Shown here: piece by piece, positions 1 through 12,200 of the stretch
Numbering within the stretch: position 1 is the stretch's first letter
How the letters are laid out: each line of letters opens with the position of its first letter
Source: the human T2T-CHM13v2.0 reference genome, Homo sapiens
DNA length: 64,000 bases
Assembly: GCF_009914755.1 (NCBI RefSeq)
Contig: NC_060934.1
Direction: 5' to 3' (one strand)
Notes under the pieces: model-generated
Seen by the model: the letters and a program-made list of their open reading frames with translations, nothing else
What the model was told of the DNA's origin: nothing
Database searches by the model: none
Translations under genes and position numbers: made by a program

Positions 1-447
1 CTGATGTGTGCGTTCAACTCACAGAGGATAACCTTTCTTTTCATAGAGCAGTTTGGAAACACTCTGTTTGTAAAGCCTGCAAGTGCTTTTTTGGACTTCA
101 TTGAGGCCTTCGTTGGAAACGGGATTTCTTCATACAACGCTAGACAGAAGAATTCTCAGTAACTTCTTTGTGTTGTGTGTATTCAACTCACAGAGTTGAA
201 CCTTCCTTTAGAGAGAGCAGATTTGAAACACTCTGTTTTTGGAATTTGCAAGTGCAGATTTCAAGCGCTTCTAGGCCTATGGCAGAAAAGGAAATATCTT
301 CGTATAAAAACTACACAGAATCATTCTCAACAACTACTTTGTGATGTGTGCGTTCAACTCACAGAGTTTAACCTTTCTTTTCATAGAGCAGTTTGGAAAC
401 ACTCTGTTTGTAAAGCCTGCAAGTGCTTTTTTGGACTTCATTGAGGC

Positions 448-464
448 CTTCGTTGGAAACGGGA
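448..464 (+). other. CENP-B box (CTTCGTTGGAAACGGGA), representative of ~189 box positions spaced ~340 bp apart
   Basis: Exact match to the 17-bp CENP-B box. It lies 298 bp after the EcoRI site in A/B/C and 296 bp after it in D. B dimers carry CTTCGTTGGAAGCGGGA, which keeps the core NTTCGNNNNANNCGGGN. Confidence 0.97.
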
Positions 465-489
465 TTTCTTCATATAATGCTAGACAGAA

Positions 490-828
490 GAATTCTCAGT
501 CACTTCTTTGTGTTGTGTGTATTCAAGTCACAGAGTTGAACCTTCCTTTAGACAGAGCAGTTTTGAAAAATTCTTTCTGTGGAATTTGCAAGTGGAGATT
601 TCAAGCGATTTGAGGCTAATCTTTGAAATGGAAATATCTTCGTGTAAAAACTACACAGAATCATTCTCAGAAACTGCTTTGTCATCTGTGCGTTCAGTTC
701 ACAGAGTTTCACCTTTCTCTTCATAGAGCAGTTTGGAAAGACTCTGTCTGTAAAGTCTGCAAGTGATTAGTTAGACCCCTTTGAGGCCTTCGTTGGAAGC
801 AGGATTTCTCATTTACTGCTAGACAGAA
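490..828 (+). repeat. Dimer B (339 bp), representative
   Basis: Diagnostic motifs cagtcacttc, gaggctaatctttgaaatgg, gtcatctgtgcg and gtgattagttagac. 47 copies, always followed by C. Confidence 0.95.
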
Positions 829-1168
829 GAATTCTCAGTAAATCCTTTGTGTTGTGTGTATTCAACTCACAGAGTGGAACCTTCCTTTATTCAGAGCAGT
901 TTTGAAAAACACTTTTTGTGGAATTTGCAAGTGGAGATTTCAAGCGATTTGACGCCAATCTTAGACATGGAAATATCTTCATATTAAAAGTACACAGAGT
1001 CATTCGTAGAAACTAGTTTGTGATGTGTGCCTTCAACTCACAGAGTTTAACCTTTCTTTTCATAGAGCAGTTTGGAAACACTCTATTTGTAAAGTCTGCA
1101 AGTGGATATTTGGACCTCTTTGAGGCCTTCGTTGGAAACGGGATTTCTTCATACAACGCTAGACAGAA
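829..1168 (+). repeat. Dimer C (340 bp), representative, carries the RsaI site
   Basis: Diagnostic motifs cagtaaatcc, gacgccaatcttagacatgg, aaaagtacacagag and cgtagaaactag. 47 copies, the last one partial. Confidence 0.95.
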
Positions 1169-1508
1169 GAATTCTCAGTAACTTCTTTGTGTTGTGTGTA
1201 TTCAACTCACAGAGTTGAACCTTTCTTTAGAGAGAGCAGAGTTGAAACACTCTGTTTTTGGAATTTGCAAGTGCAGATTTCAAGCGATTCTAGGCCTATG
1301 GCAGAAAAGGAAATATCTTCGTATAAAAACTACACAGAATCATTCTCAACAACTACTTTGTGATGTGTGCGTTCAACTCACAGAGTTTAACCTTTCTTTT
1401 CATAGAGCAGTTTGGAAACACTCTGTTTGTAAAGCCTGCAAGTGCTTTTTTGGACTTCATTGAGGCCTTCGTTGGAAACGGGATTTCTTCATATAATGCT
1501 AGACGGAA
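1169..1508 (+). repeat. Dimer A (340 bp), representative; two main forms: A' (after D) and A'' (after C or A')
   Basis: Diagnostic motifs ctaggcctatggcagaaaagg, caacaactac and aaagcctgcaagtgctttttt. A' begins gttgtttgtattcaacacacagatttg; A'' begins gttgtgtgtattcaactcacagagttgaacctttc. About 68 copies. Confidence 0.95.
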
Positions 1509-2187
1509 GAATTCTCAGTCACTTCTTTGTGTTGTGTGTATTCAAGTCACAGAGTTGAACCTTCCTTTAGACAGAGCAGTTTTGAAAAATTCTTTCTGTG
1601 TAATTTGCAAGTGGAGATTTCAAGCGATTTGAGGCTAATTTTTGAAATGGAAATATCTTCGTGTAAAAACTACACAGAAGCATTCTCAGAAACTGCTTTG
1701 TCATCTGTGCGTTCAGTTCACAGAGTTTCACCTTTCTCTTCATAGAGCAGTTTGGAAAGACTCTGTCTGTAAAGTCTGCAAGTGATTAGTTAGACCACTT
1801 TGTGGCCTTCGTTGGAAGCAGGATTTCTCATTTACTGCTAGACAGAAGAATTCTCAGTAAATCCTTTGTGTTGTGTGTATTCAACTCACAGAGTGGAACC
1901 TTCCTTTATTCAGAGCAGTTTTGAAACACTCTTTTTGTGGAATTTGCAAGTGGAGATTTCAAGCGATTTGACGCCAATCTTAGACATGGAAATATCTTCA
2001 TATTAAAAGTACACAGAGTCATTCGTAGAAACTAGTTTGTGATGTGTGCCTTCAACTCACAGAGTTTAACCTTTCTTTTCATAGAGCAGTTGGGAAACAC
2101 TCTATTTGTAAAGTCTGCAAGTGGATATTTGGACCTCTTTGAGGCCTTCGTTGGAAACGGGATTTCTTCATATAACGCTAGACAGAA

Positions 2188-2525
2188 GAATTCTCAGTAA
2201 CTTCTTTGTGTTGTGTGTATTCAACTCACAGAGTTGAACCTTTCTTTAGAGGGAGCAGAGGTGAAACACTCTTTTTGTGGAATTTGCTAGTGTAGATTTC
2301 AAACGCTTCGAAGACAGTGATAGAAAAGGATATATCATCGTATTAAAAGTAGACAAAATCATTCTCAGAAAACTCTTTGTGATGTGTGTGTTCAACTCAC
2401 AGAGTTTAACCTTTCTTTAATCGAGCAATTTGGAAATACACTCTTTGTAAGTCTGCAGGTGGATATTTGGCCCACTTTGAGCCCTTCGTTGGAAACGGGA
2501 TTTCCTCATATAATGCTAGACAGAA
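2188..2525 (+). repeat. Dimer D (338 bp), representative, carries the PstI site
   Basis: Diagnostic motifs gagggagcagaggtg, gctagtgtag, cgaagacagtgatag, aatcgagc and ctgcaggtgg. 28 copies. Confidence 0.95.
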
Positions 2526-3883
2526 GAATTCTCAGTAACTTCTTTGTGTTGTTTGTATTCAACACACAGATTTGAACCTTCCTTTAGAGAGACCAGATTT
2601 GAAACACTCTGTTTTTGGAATTTGCAAGTGCAGATTTCAAGCGCTTCTAGGCCTATGGCAGAAAAGGAAATATCTTCGTATAAAAACTACACAGAATCAT
2701 TCTCAACAACTACTTTGTGATGTGTGCGTTCAACTCACAGAGTTTAACCTTTCTTTTCATAGAGCAGTTTGGAAACACTCTATTTGTAAAGTCTGCAAGT
2801 GGATATTTGGACCTCTTTGAGGCCTTCGTTGGAAACGGGATTTCTTCATATAACGCTAGACAGAAGAATTCTCAGTAACTTCTTTGTGTTGTGTGTATTC
2901 AACTCACAGAGTTGAACCTTTCTTTAGAGGGAGCAGAGGTGAAACACTCTTTTTGTGGAATTTGCTAGTGTAGATTTCAAACGCTTCGAAGACAGTGATA
3001 GAAAAGGATATATCTTCGTATTAAAAGTAGACAAAATCATTCTCAGAAATCTCTTTGTGATGTGTGTGTTCAACTCACAGAGTTTAACCTTTCTTTAATC
3101 GAGCAGTTTGGAAATACACTCTTTGTAAGTCTGCAGGTGGATATTTGGCCCTCTTTGAGCCCTTCGTTGGAAACGGGATTTCCTCATATAATGCTAGACA
3201 GAAGAATTCTCAGTAACTTCTTTGTGTTGTTTGTATTCAACACACAGATTTGAACCTTCCTTTAGAGAGAGCAGATTTGAAACACTCTGTTTTTGGAATT
3301 TGCAAGTGCAGATTTCAAGCGCTTCTAGGCCTATGGCAGAAAAGGAAATATCTTCGTATAAAAACTACACAGAATCATTCTCAACAACTACTTTGTGATG
3401 TGTGCGTTCAACTCACAGAGGATAACCTTTCTTTTCATAGAGCAGTTTGGAAACACTCTGTTTGTAAAGCCTGCAAGTGCTTTTTTGGACTTCATTGAGG
3501 CCTTCGTTGGAAACGGGATTTCTTCATACAACGCTAGACAGAAGAATTCTCAGTAACTTCTTTGTGTTGTGTGTATTCAACTCACAGAGTTGAACCTTTC
3601 TTTAGAGAGAACAGAGTTGAAACACTCTGTTTTTGGAATTTGCAAGTGCAGATTTCAAGCGATTCTAGGCCTATGGCAGAAAAGGAAATATCTTCGTATA
3701 AAAACTACACAGAATCATTCTCAACAACTACTTTGTGATGTGTGCGTTCAACTCACAGAGTTTAACCTTTCTTTTCATAGAGCAGTTTGGAAACACTCTG
3801 TTTGTAAAGCCTGCAAGTGCTTTTTTGGACTTCATTGAGGCCTTCGTTGGAAACGGGATTTCTTCATATAATGCTAGACAGAA

Positions 3884-6258
3884 GAATTCTCAGTCACTTC
3901 TTTGTGTTGTGTGTATTCAAGTCACAGAGTTGAACCTTCCTTTAGACAGAGCAGTTTTGAAAAATTCTTTCTGTGGAGTTTGCAAGTGGAGATTTCCAGC
4001 GATTTGAGGCTAATCTTTGAAATGGAAATATCTTCGTGTAAAAACTACACAGAATCATTCTCAGAAACTGCTTTGTCATCTGTGCGTTCAGTTCACAGAG
4101 TTTCACCTTTCTCTTCATAGAGCAGTTTGGAAAGACTCTGTCTGTAAAGTCTGCAAGTGATTAGTTAGACCCCTTTGAGGCCTTCGTTGGAAGCGGGATT
4201 TCTCATTTACTGCTAGACAGAAGAATTCTCAGTAAATCCTTTGTGTTGTGTGTATTCAACTCACAGAGTGGAACCTTCCTTTATTCAGAGCAGTTTTGAA
4301 ACACTCTTTTTGTGGAATTTGCAAGTGGAGATTTCAAGCGATTTGACGCCAATCTTAGACATGGAAATATCTTCATATTAAAAGTACACAGAGTCATTCG
4401 TAGAAACTAGTTTGTGATGTGTGCCTTCAACTCACAGAGTTTAACCTTTCTTTTCATAGAGCAGTTGGGAAACACTCTATTTGTAAAGTCTGCAAGTGGA
4501 TATTTGGACATCTTTGAGGCCTTCGTTGGAAACGGGATTTCTTCATATAACGCTAGACAGAAGAATTCTCAGTAACTTCTTTGTGTTGTGTGTATTCAAC
4601 TCACAGAGTTGAACATTTCTTTAGAGGGAGCAGAGGTGAAACAGTCTTTTTGTGGAATTTGCTAGTGTAGATTTCAAACGCTTCGAAGTCAGTGATAGAA
4701 AAGGATATATCTTCGTATTAAAAGTAGACAAAATCATTCTCAGAAAACTCTTTGTGATGTGTGTGTTCAACTCACAGAGTTTAACCTTTCTTTAATCGAG
4801 CAGTTTGGAAATACACTCTTTGTAAGTCTGCAGGTGGATATTTGGCCCTCTTTGAGCCCTTCTTTGGAAACGGGATTTCCTCTTATAATGCTAGACAGAA
4901 GAATTCTCAGTAACTTCTCTGTGTCGTTTGTATTCAACACACAGATTTGAACATTCCTTTAGAGAGAGCAGATTTGAAACACTCTGTTTTTGGAATTTGC
5001 AAGTGCAGATTTCAAGCACTTCTAGGCCTATGGCAGAAAAGGAAATATCTTCGTATAAAAACTACACAGAATCATTCTCAACAACTACTTTGTGATGTGT
5101 GCGTTCAACTCACAGAGTTTAACCTTTCTTTTCATAGAGCAGTTTGGAAACACTCTGTTTGTAAAGCCTGCAAGTGCTTTTTTGGACTTCATTGAGGCCT
5201 TCGTTGGAAACGGGATTTCTTCATACAACGCTAGACAGAAGAATTCTCAGTAACTTCTTTGTGTTGTGTGTATTCAACTCACAGAGTTGAACCTTTCTTT
5301 AGAGGGAGCAGAGGTGAAACACTCTTTTTGTGGAATTTGCTAGTGTAGATTTCAAACGCTTCGAAGACAGTGATAGAAAAGGATATATCTTCGTATTAAA
5401 AGTAGACAAAATCATTCTCAGAAAACTCTTTGTGATGTGTGTGTTCAACTCACAGAGTTTAAACTTTCTTTAATCGAGCAGTTTGGAAATACACTCTTTG
5501 TGAGTCTGCAGGTGGATATTTGGCCCTCTTTGAGCCCTTCGTTGGAAACGGGATTTCCTCATATAATGCTAGACAGAAGAATTCTCAGTAACTTCTTTGT
5601 GTTGTTTGTATTCAACACACAGATTTGAACCTTCCTTTAGAGAGAGCAGATTTGAAACACTCTGTTTTTGGAATTTGCAATTGCAGATTTCAAGCGCTTC
5701 TAGGCCTATGGCAGTAAAGGAAATATCTTCGTATAAAAACTACACAGAATCATTCTCAACAACTACTTTGTGATGAGTGCGTTCAACTCACAGAGGTTAA
5801 CCTTTCTTTTCAGAGAGCAGTTTGGAAACACTCTGTTTGTAAAGCCTGCAAGTGCTTTTTTGGACTTCATTGAGGCCTTCGTTGGAAACGGGATTTCTTC
5901 ATACAACGCTAGACAGAAGAATTCTCAGTAACTTCTTTGTGTTGTGTGTATTCAACTCACAGAGTTGAACCTTTCTTTAGAGAGAGCAGAGTTGAAACAC
6001 TCTGTTTTTCGAATTTGCAAGTGCAGATTTCAAGCGCTTCTAGGCCTATGGCAGAAAAGGAAATATCTTCGTATAAAAACTACACAGAATCATTCTCAAC
6101 AACTACTTTGTGATGTGTGCGTTCAACTCACAGAGGTTAACCTTTCTTTTCATAGAGCAGTTTGGAAACACTCTGTTTGTAAAGCCTGCAAGTGCTTTTT
6201 TGGACTTCATTGAGGCCTTCGTTGGAAACGGGATTTCTTCATATAATGCTAGACAGAA
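3884..6258 (+). repeat. 14-mer HOR variant (B-C-D-A'-D-A'-A'', 2375 bp), representative; 5 copies starting 1509, 3884, 8297, 10672, 14066
   Basis: B-to-B spacing of 2375 (3902 to 6277) with two D dimers 678 bp apart. Confidence 0.92.
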
Positions 6259-9200
6259 GAATTCTCAGTCACTTCTTTGTGTTGTGTGTATTCAAGTCAC
6301 AGAGTTGAACCTTCCTTTAGACAGAGCAGTTTTGAAAAATTCTTTCTGTGGAGTTTGCAAGTGGAGATTTCAAGCGATTTGAGGCTAATCTTTGAAATGG
6401 AAATATCTTCGTGTAAAAACTACACAGAATCATTCTCAGAAACTGCTTTGTCATCTGTGCGTTCAGTTCACAGAGTTTCACCTTTCTCTTCATAGAGCAG
6501 TTTGGAAAGACTCTGTCTGTAAAGTCTGCAAGTGATTAGTTAGACCCCTTTGAGGCCTTAGTTGGAAGCGGGATTTCTCATTTACTGCTAGACAGAAGAA
6601 TTCTCAGTAAATCCTTTGTGTTGTGTGTATTCAACTCACAGAGTGGAACCTTCCTTTATTCAGAGCAGTTTTGAAAAACACTTTTTGTGGAATTTGCAAG
6701 TGGAGATTTCAAGCGATTTGACGCCAATCTTAGACATGGAAATATCTTCATATTAAAAGTACACAGAGTCATTCGTAGAAACTAGTTTGTGATGTGTGCC
6801 TTCAACTCACAGAGTTTAACCTTTCTTTTCATAGAGCAGTTTGGAAACACTCTATTTGTAAAGTCTGCAAGCGGATATTTGGACCTCTTTGAGGCCTTCG
6901 TTGGAAACGGGATTTCTTCATACAACGCTAGACAGAAGAATTCTCAGTAACTTCTTTGTGTTGTGTGTATTCAACTCACAGAGTTGAACCTTTCTTTAGA
7001 GAGAGCAGAGTTGAAACACTCTGTTTTTGGAATTTGCAAGTGCAGATTTCAAGCGCTTCTAGGCCTATGGCAGAAAAGGAAATATCTTCGTATAAAAACT
7101 ACACAGAATCATTCTCAACAACTACTTTGTGATGTGTGCGTTCAACTCACAGAGTTTAACCTTTCTTTTCATAGAGCAGTTTGGAAACACTCTGTTTGTA
7201 AAGCCTGCAAGTGCTTTTTTGGACTTCATTGAGGCCTTCGTTGGAAACGGGATTTCTTCATATAATGCTAGACAGAAGAATTCTCAGTCACTTCTTTGTG
7301 TTGTGTGTATTCAAGTCACAGAGTTGAACCTTCCTTTAGACAGAGCAGTTTTGAAAAATTCTTTCTGTGGAATTTGCAAGTGGAGATTTCAAGCGATTTG
7401 AGGCTAATCTTTGAAATGGAAATATCTTCGTGTAAAAACTACACAGAATCATTCTCAGAAACTGCTTTGTCATCTGTGCGTTCAGTTCACAGAGTTTCAC
7501 CTTTCTCTTCATAGAGCAGTTTGGAAAGACTCTGTCTGTAAAGTCTGCAAGTGATTAGTTAGACCCCTTTGAGGCCTTCGTTGGAAGCAGGATTTCTCAT
7601 TTACTGCTAGACAGAAGAATTCTCAGTAAATCCTTTGTGTTGTGTGTATTCAACTCACAGAGTGGAACCTTCCTTTATTCAGAGCAGTTTTGAAAAACAC
7701 TTTTTGTGGAATTTGCAAGTGGAGATTTCAAGCGATTTGACGCCAATCTTAGACATGGAAATATCTTCATATTAAAAGTACACAGAGTCATTCGTAGAAA
7801 CTAGTTTGTGATGTGTGCCTTCAACTCACAGAGTTTAACCTTTCTTTTCATAGAGCAGTTTGGAAACACTCTATTTGTAAAGTCTGCAAGTGGATATTTG
7901 GACCTCTTTGAGGCCTTCGTTGGAAACGGGATTTCTTCATACAACGCTAGACAGAAGAATTCTCAGTAACTTCTTTGTGTTGTGTGTATTCAACTCACAG
8001 AGTTGAACCTTTCTTTAGAGAGAGCAGAGTTGAAACACTCTGTTTTTGGAATTTGCAAGTGCAGATTTCAAGCGATTCTAGGCCTATGGCAGAAAAGGAA
8101 ATATCTTCGTATAAAAACTACACAGAATCATTCTCAACAACTACTTTGTGATGTGTGCGTTCAACTCACAGAGTTTAACCTTTCTTTTCATAGAGCAGTT
8201 TGGAAACACTCTGTTTGTAAAGCCTGCAAGTGCTTTTTTGGACTTCATTGAGGCCTTCGTTGGAAACGGGATTTCTTCATATAATGCTAGACGGAAGAAT
8301 TCTCAGTCACTTCTTTGTGTTGTGTGTATTCAAGTCACAGAGTTGAACCTTCCTTTAGACAGAGCAGTTTTGAAAAATTCTTTCTGTGTAATTTGCAAGT
8401 GGAGATTTCAAGCGATTTGAGGCTAATTTTTGAAATGGAAATATCTTCGTGTAAAAACTACACAGAAGCATTCTCAGAAACTGCTTTGTCATCTGTGCGT
8501 TCAGTTCACAGAGTTTCACCTTTCTCTTCATAGAGCAGTTTGGAAAGACTCTGTCTGTAAAGTCTGCAAGTGATTAGTTAGACCACTTTGTGGCCTTCGT
8601 TGGAAGCAGGATTTCTCATTTACTGCTAGACAGAAGAATTCTCAGTAAATCCTTTGTGTTGTGTGTATTCAACTCACAGAGTGGAACCTTCCTTTATTCA
8701 GAGCAGTTTTGAAACACTCTTTTTGTGGAATTTGCAAGTGGAGATTTCAAGCGATTTGACGCCAATCTTAGACATGGAAATATCTTCATATTAAAAGTAC
8801 ACAGAGTCATTCGTAGAAACTAGTTTGTGATGTGTGCCTTCAACTCACAGAGTTTAACCTTTCTTTTCATAGAGCAGTTGGGAAACACTCTATTTGTAAA
8901 GTCTGCAAGTGGATATTTGGACCTCTTTGAGGCCTTCGTTGGAAACGGGATTTCTTCATATAACGCTAGACAGAAGAATTCTCAGTAACTTCTTTGTGTT
9001 GTGTGTATTCAACTCACAGAGTTGAACCTTTCTTTAGAGGGAGCAGAGGTGAAACACTCTTTTTGTGGAATTTGCTAGTGTAGATTTCAAACGCTTCGAA
9101 GACAGTGATAGAAAAGGATATATCATCGTATTAAAAGTAGACAAAATCATTCTCAGAAAACTCTTTGTGATGTGTGTGTTCAACTCACAGAGTTTAACCT

Positions 9201-12200
9201 TTCTTTAATCGAGCAATTTGGAAATACACTCTTTGTAAGTCTGCAGGTGGATATTTGGCCCACTTTGAGCCCTTCGTTGGAAACGGGATTTCCTCATATA
9301 ATGCTAGACAGAAGAATTCTCAGTAACTTCTTTGTGTTGTTTGTATTCAACACACAGATTTGAACCTTCCTTTAGAGAGACCAGATTTGAAACACTCTGT
9401 TTTTGGAATTTGCAAGTGCAGATTTCAAGCGCTTCTAGGCCTATGGCAGAAAAGGAAATATCTTCGTATAAAAACTACACAGAATCATTCTCAACAACTA
9501 CTTTGTGATGTGTGCGTTCAACTCACAGAGTTTAACCTTTCTTTTCATAGAGCAGTTTGGAAACACTCTATTTGTAAAGTCTGCAAGTGGATATTTGGAC
9601 CTCTTTGAGGCCTTCGTTGGAAACGGGATTTCTTCATATAACGCTAGACAGAAGAATTCTCAGTAACTTCTTTGTGTTGTGTGTATTCAACTCACAGAGT
9701 TGAACCTTTCTTTAGAGGGAGCAGAGGTGAAACACTCTTTTTGTGGAATTTGCTAGTGTAGATTTCAAACGCTTCGAAGACAGTGATAGAAAAGGATATA
9801 TCTTCGTATTAAAAGTAGACAAAATCATTCTCAGAAATCTCTTTGTGATGTGTGTGTTCAACTCACAGAGTTTAACCTTTCTTTAATCGAGCAGTTTGGA
9901 AATACACTCTTTGTAAGTCTGCAGGTGGATATTTGGCCCTCTTTGAGCCCTTCGTTGGAAACGGGATTTCCTCATATAATGCTAGACAGAAGAATTCTCA
10001 GTAACTTCTTTGTGTTGTTTGTATTCAACACACAGATTTGAACCTTCCTTTAGAGAGAGCAGATTTGAAACACTCTGTTTTTGGAATTTGCAAGTGCAGA
10101 TTTCAAGCGCTTCTAGGCCTATGGCAGAAAAGGAAATATCTTCGTATAAAAACTACACAGAATCATTCTCAACAACTACTTTGTGATGTGTGCGTTCAAC
10201 TCACAGAGGATAACCTTTCTTTTCATAGAGCAGTTTGGAAACACTCTGTTTGTAAAGCCTGCAAGTGCTTTTTTGGACTTCATTGAGGCCTTCGTTGGAA
10301 ACGGGATTTCTTCATACAACGCTAGACAGAAGAATTCTCAGTAACTTCTTTGTGTTGTGTGTATTCAACTCACAGAGTTGAACCTTTCTTTAGAGAGAAC
10401 AGAGTTGAAACACTCTGTTTTTGGAATTTGCAAGTGCAGATTTCAAGCGATTCTAGGCCTATGGCAGAAAAGGAAATATCTTCGTATAAAAACTACACAG
10501 AATCATTCTCAACAACTACTTTGTGATGTGTGCGTTCAACTCACAGAGTTTAACCTTTCTTTTCATAGAGCAGTTTGGAAACACTCTGTTTGTAAAGCCT
10601 GCAAGTGCTTTTTTGGACTTCATTGAGGCCTTCGTTGGAAACGGGATTTCTTCATATAATGCTAGACAGAAGAATTCTCAGTCACTTCTTTGTGTTGTGT
10701 GTATTCAAGTCACAGAGTTGAACCTTCCTTTAGACAGAGCAGTTTTGAAAAATTCTTTCTGTGGAGTTTGCAAGTGGAGATTTCCAGCGATTTGAGGCTA
10801 ATCTTTGAAATGGAAATATCTTCGTGTAAAAACTACACAGAATCATTCTCAGAAACTGCTTTGTCATCTGTGCGTTCAGTTCACAGAGTTTCACCTTTCT
10901 CTTCATAGAGCAGTTTGGAAAGACTCTGTCTGTAAAGTCTGCAAGTGATTAGTTAGACCCCTTTGAGGCCTTCGTTGGAAGCGGGATTTCTCATTTACTG
11001 CTAGACAGAAGAATTCTCAGTAAATCCTTTGTGTTGTGTGTATTCAACTCACAGAGTGGAACCTTCCTTTATTCAGAGCAGTTTTGAAACACTCTTTTTG
11101 TGGAATTTGCAAGTGGAGATTTCAAGCGATTTGACGCCAATCTTAGACATGGAAATATCTTCATATTAAAAGTACACAGAGTCATTCGTAGAAACTAGTT
11201 TGTGATGTGTGCCTTCAACTCACAGAGTTTAACCTTTCTTTTCATAGAGCAGTTGGGAAACACTCTATTTGTAAAGTCTGCAAGTGGATATTTGGACATC
11301 TTTGAGGCCTTCGTTGGAAACGGGATTTCTTCATATAACGCTAGACAGAAGAATTCTCAGTAACTTCTTTGTGTTGTGTGTATTCAACTCACAGAGTTGA
11401 ACATTTCTTTAGAGGGAGCAGAGGTGAAACAGTCTTTTTGTGGAATTTGCTAGTGTAGATTTCAAACGCTTCGAAGTCAGTGATAGAAAAGGATATATCT
11501 TCGTATTAAAAGTAGACAAAATCATTCTCAGAAAACTCTTTGTGATGTGTGTGTTCAACTCACAGAGTTTAACCTTTCTTTAATCGAGCAGTTTGGAAAT
11601 ACACTCTTTGTAAGTCTGCAGGTGGATATTTGGCCCTCTTTGAGCCCTTCTTTGGAAACGGGATTTCCTCTTATAATGCTAGACAGAAGAATTCTCAGTA
11701 ACTTCTCTGTGTCGTTTGTATTCAACACACAGATTTGAACATTCCTTTAGAGAGAGCAGATTTGAAACACTCTGTTTTTGGAATTTGCAAGTGCAGATTT
11801 CAAGCACTTCTAGGCCTATGGCAGAAAAGGAAATATCTTCGTATAAAAACTACACAGAATCATTCTCAACAACTACTTTGTGATGTGTGCGTTCAACTCA
11901 CAGAGTTTAACCTTTCTTTTCATAGAGCAGTTTGGAAACACTCTGTTTGTAAAGCCTGCAAGTGCTTTTTTGGACTTCATTGAGGCCTTCGTTGGAAACG
12001 GGATTTCTTCATACAACGCTAGACAGAAGAATTCTCAGTAACTTCTTTGTGTTGTGTGTATTCAACTCACAGAGTTGAACCTTTCTTTAGAGGGAGCAGA
12101 GGTGAAACACTCTTTTTGTGGAATTTGCTAGTGTAGATTTCAAACGCTTCGAAGACAGTGATAGAAAAGGATATATCTTCGTATTAAAAGTAGACAAAAT

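Larger units (their letters stand above)
490..1508 (+). repeat. 6-mer HOR variant (B-C-A'', 1019 bp), representative; 24 copies
   Basis: B-to-B spacing of 1019 (ORF track 508 to 1527); lacks dimer D. Confidence 0.95.
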
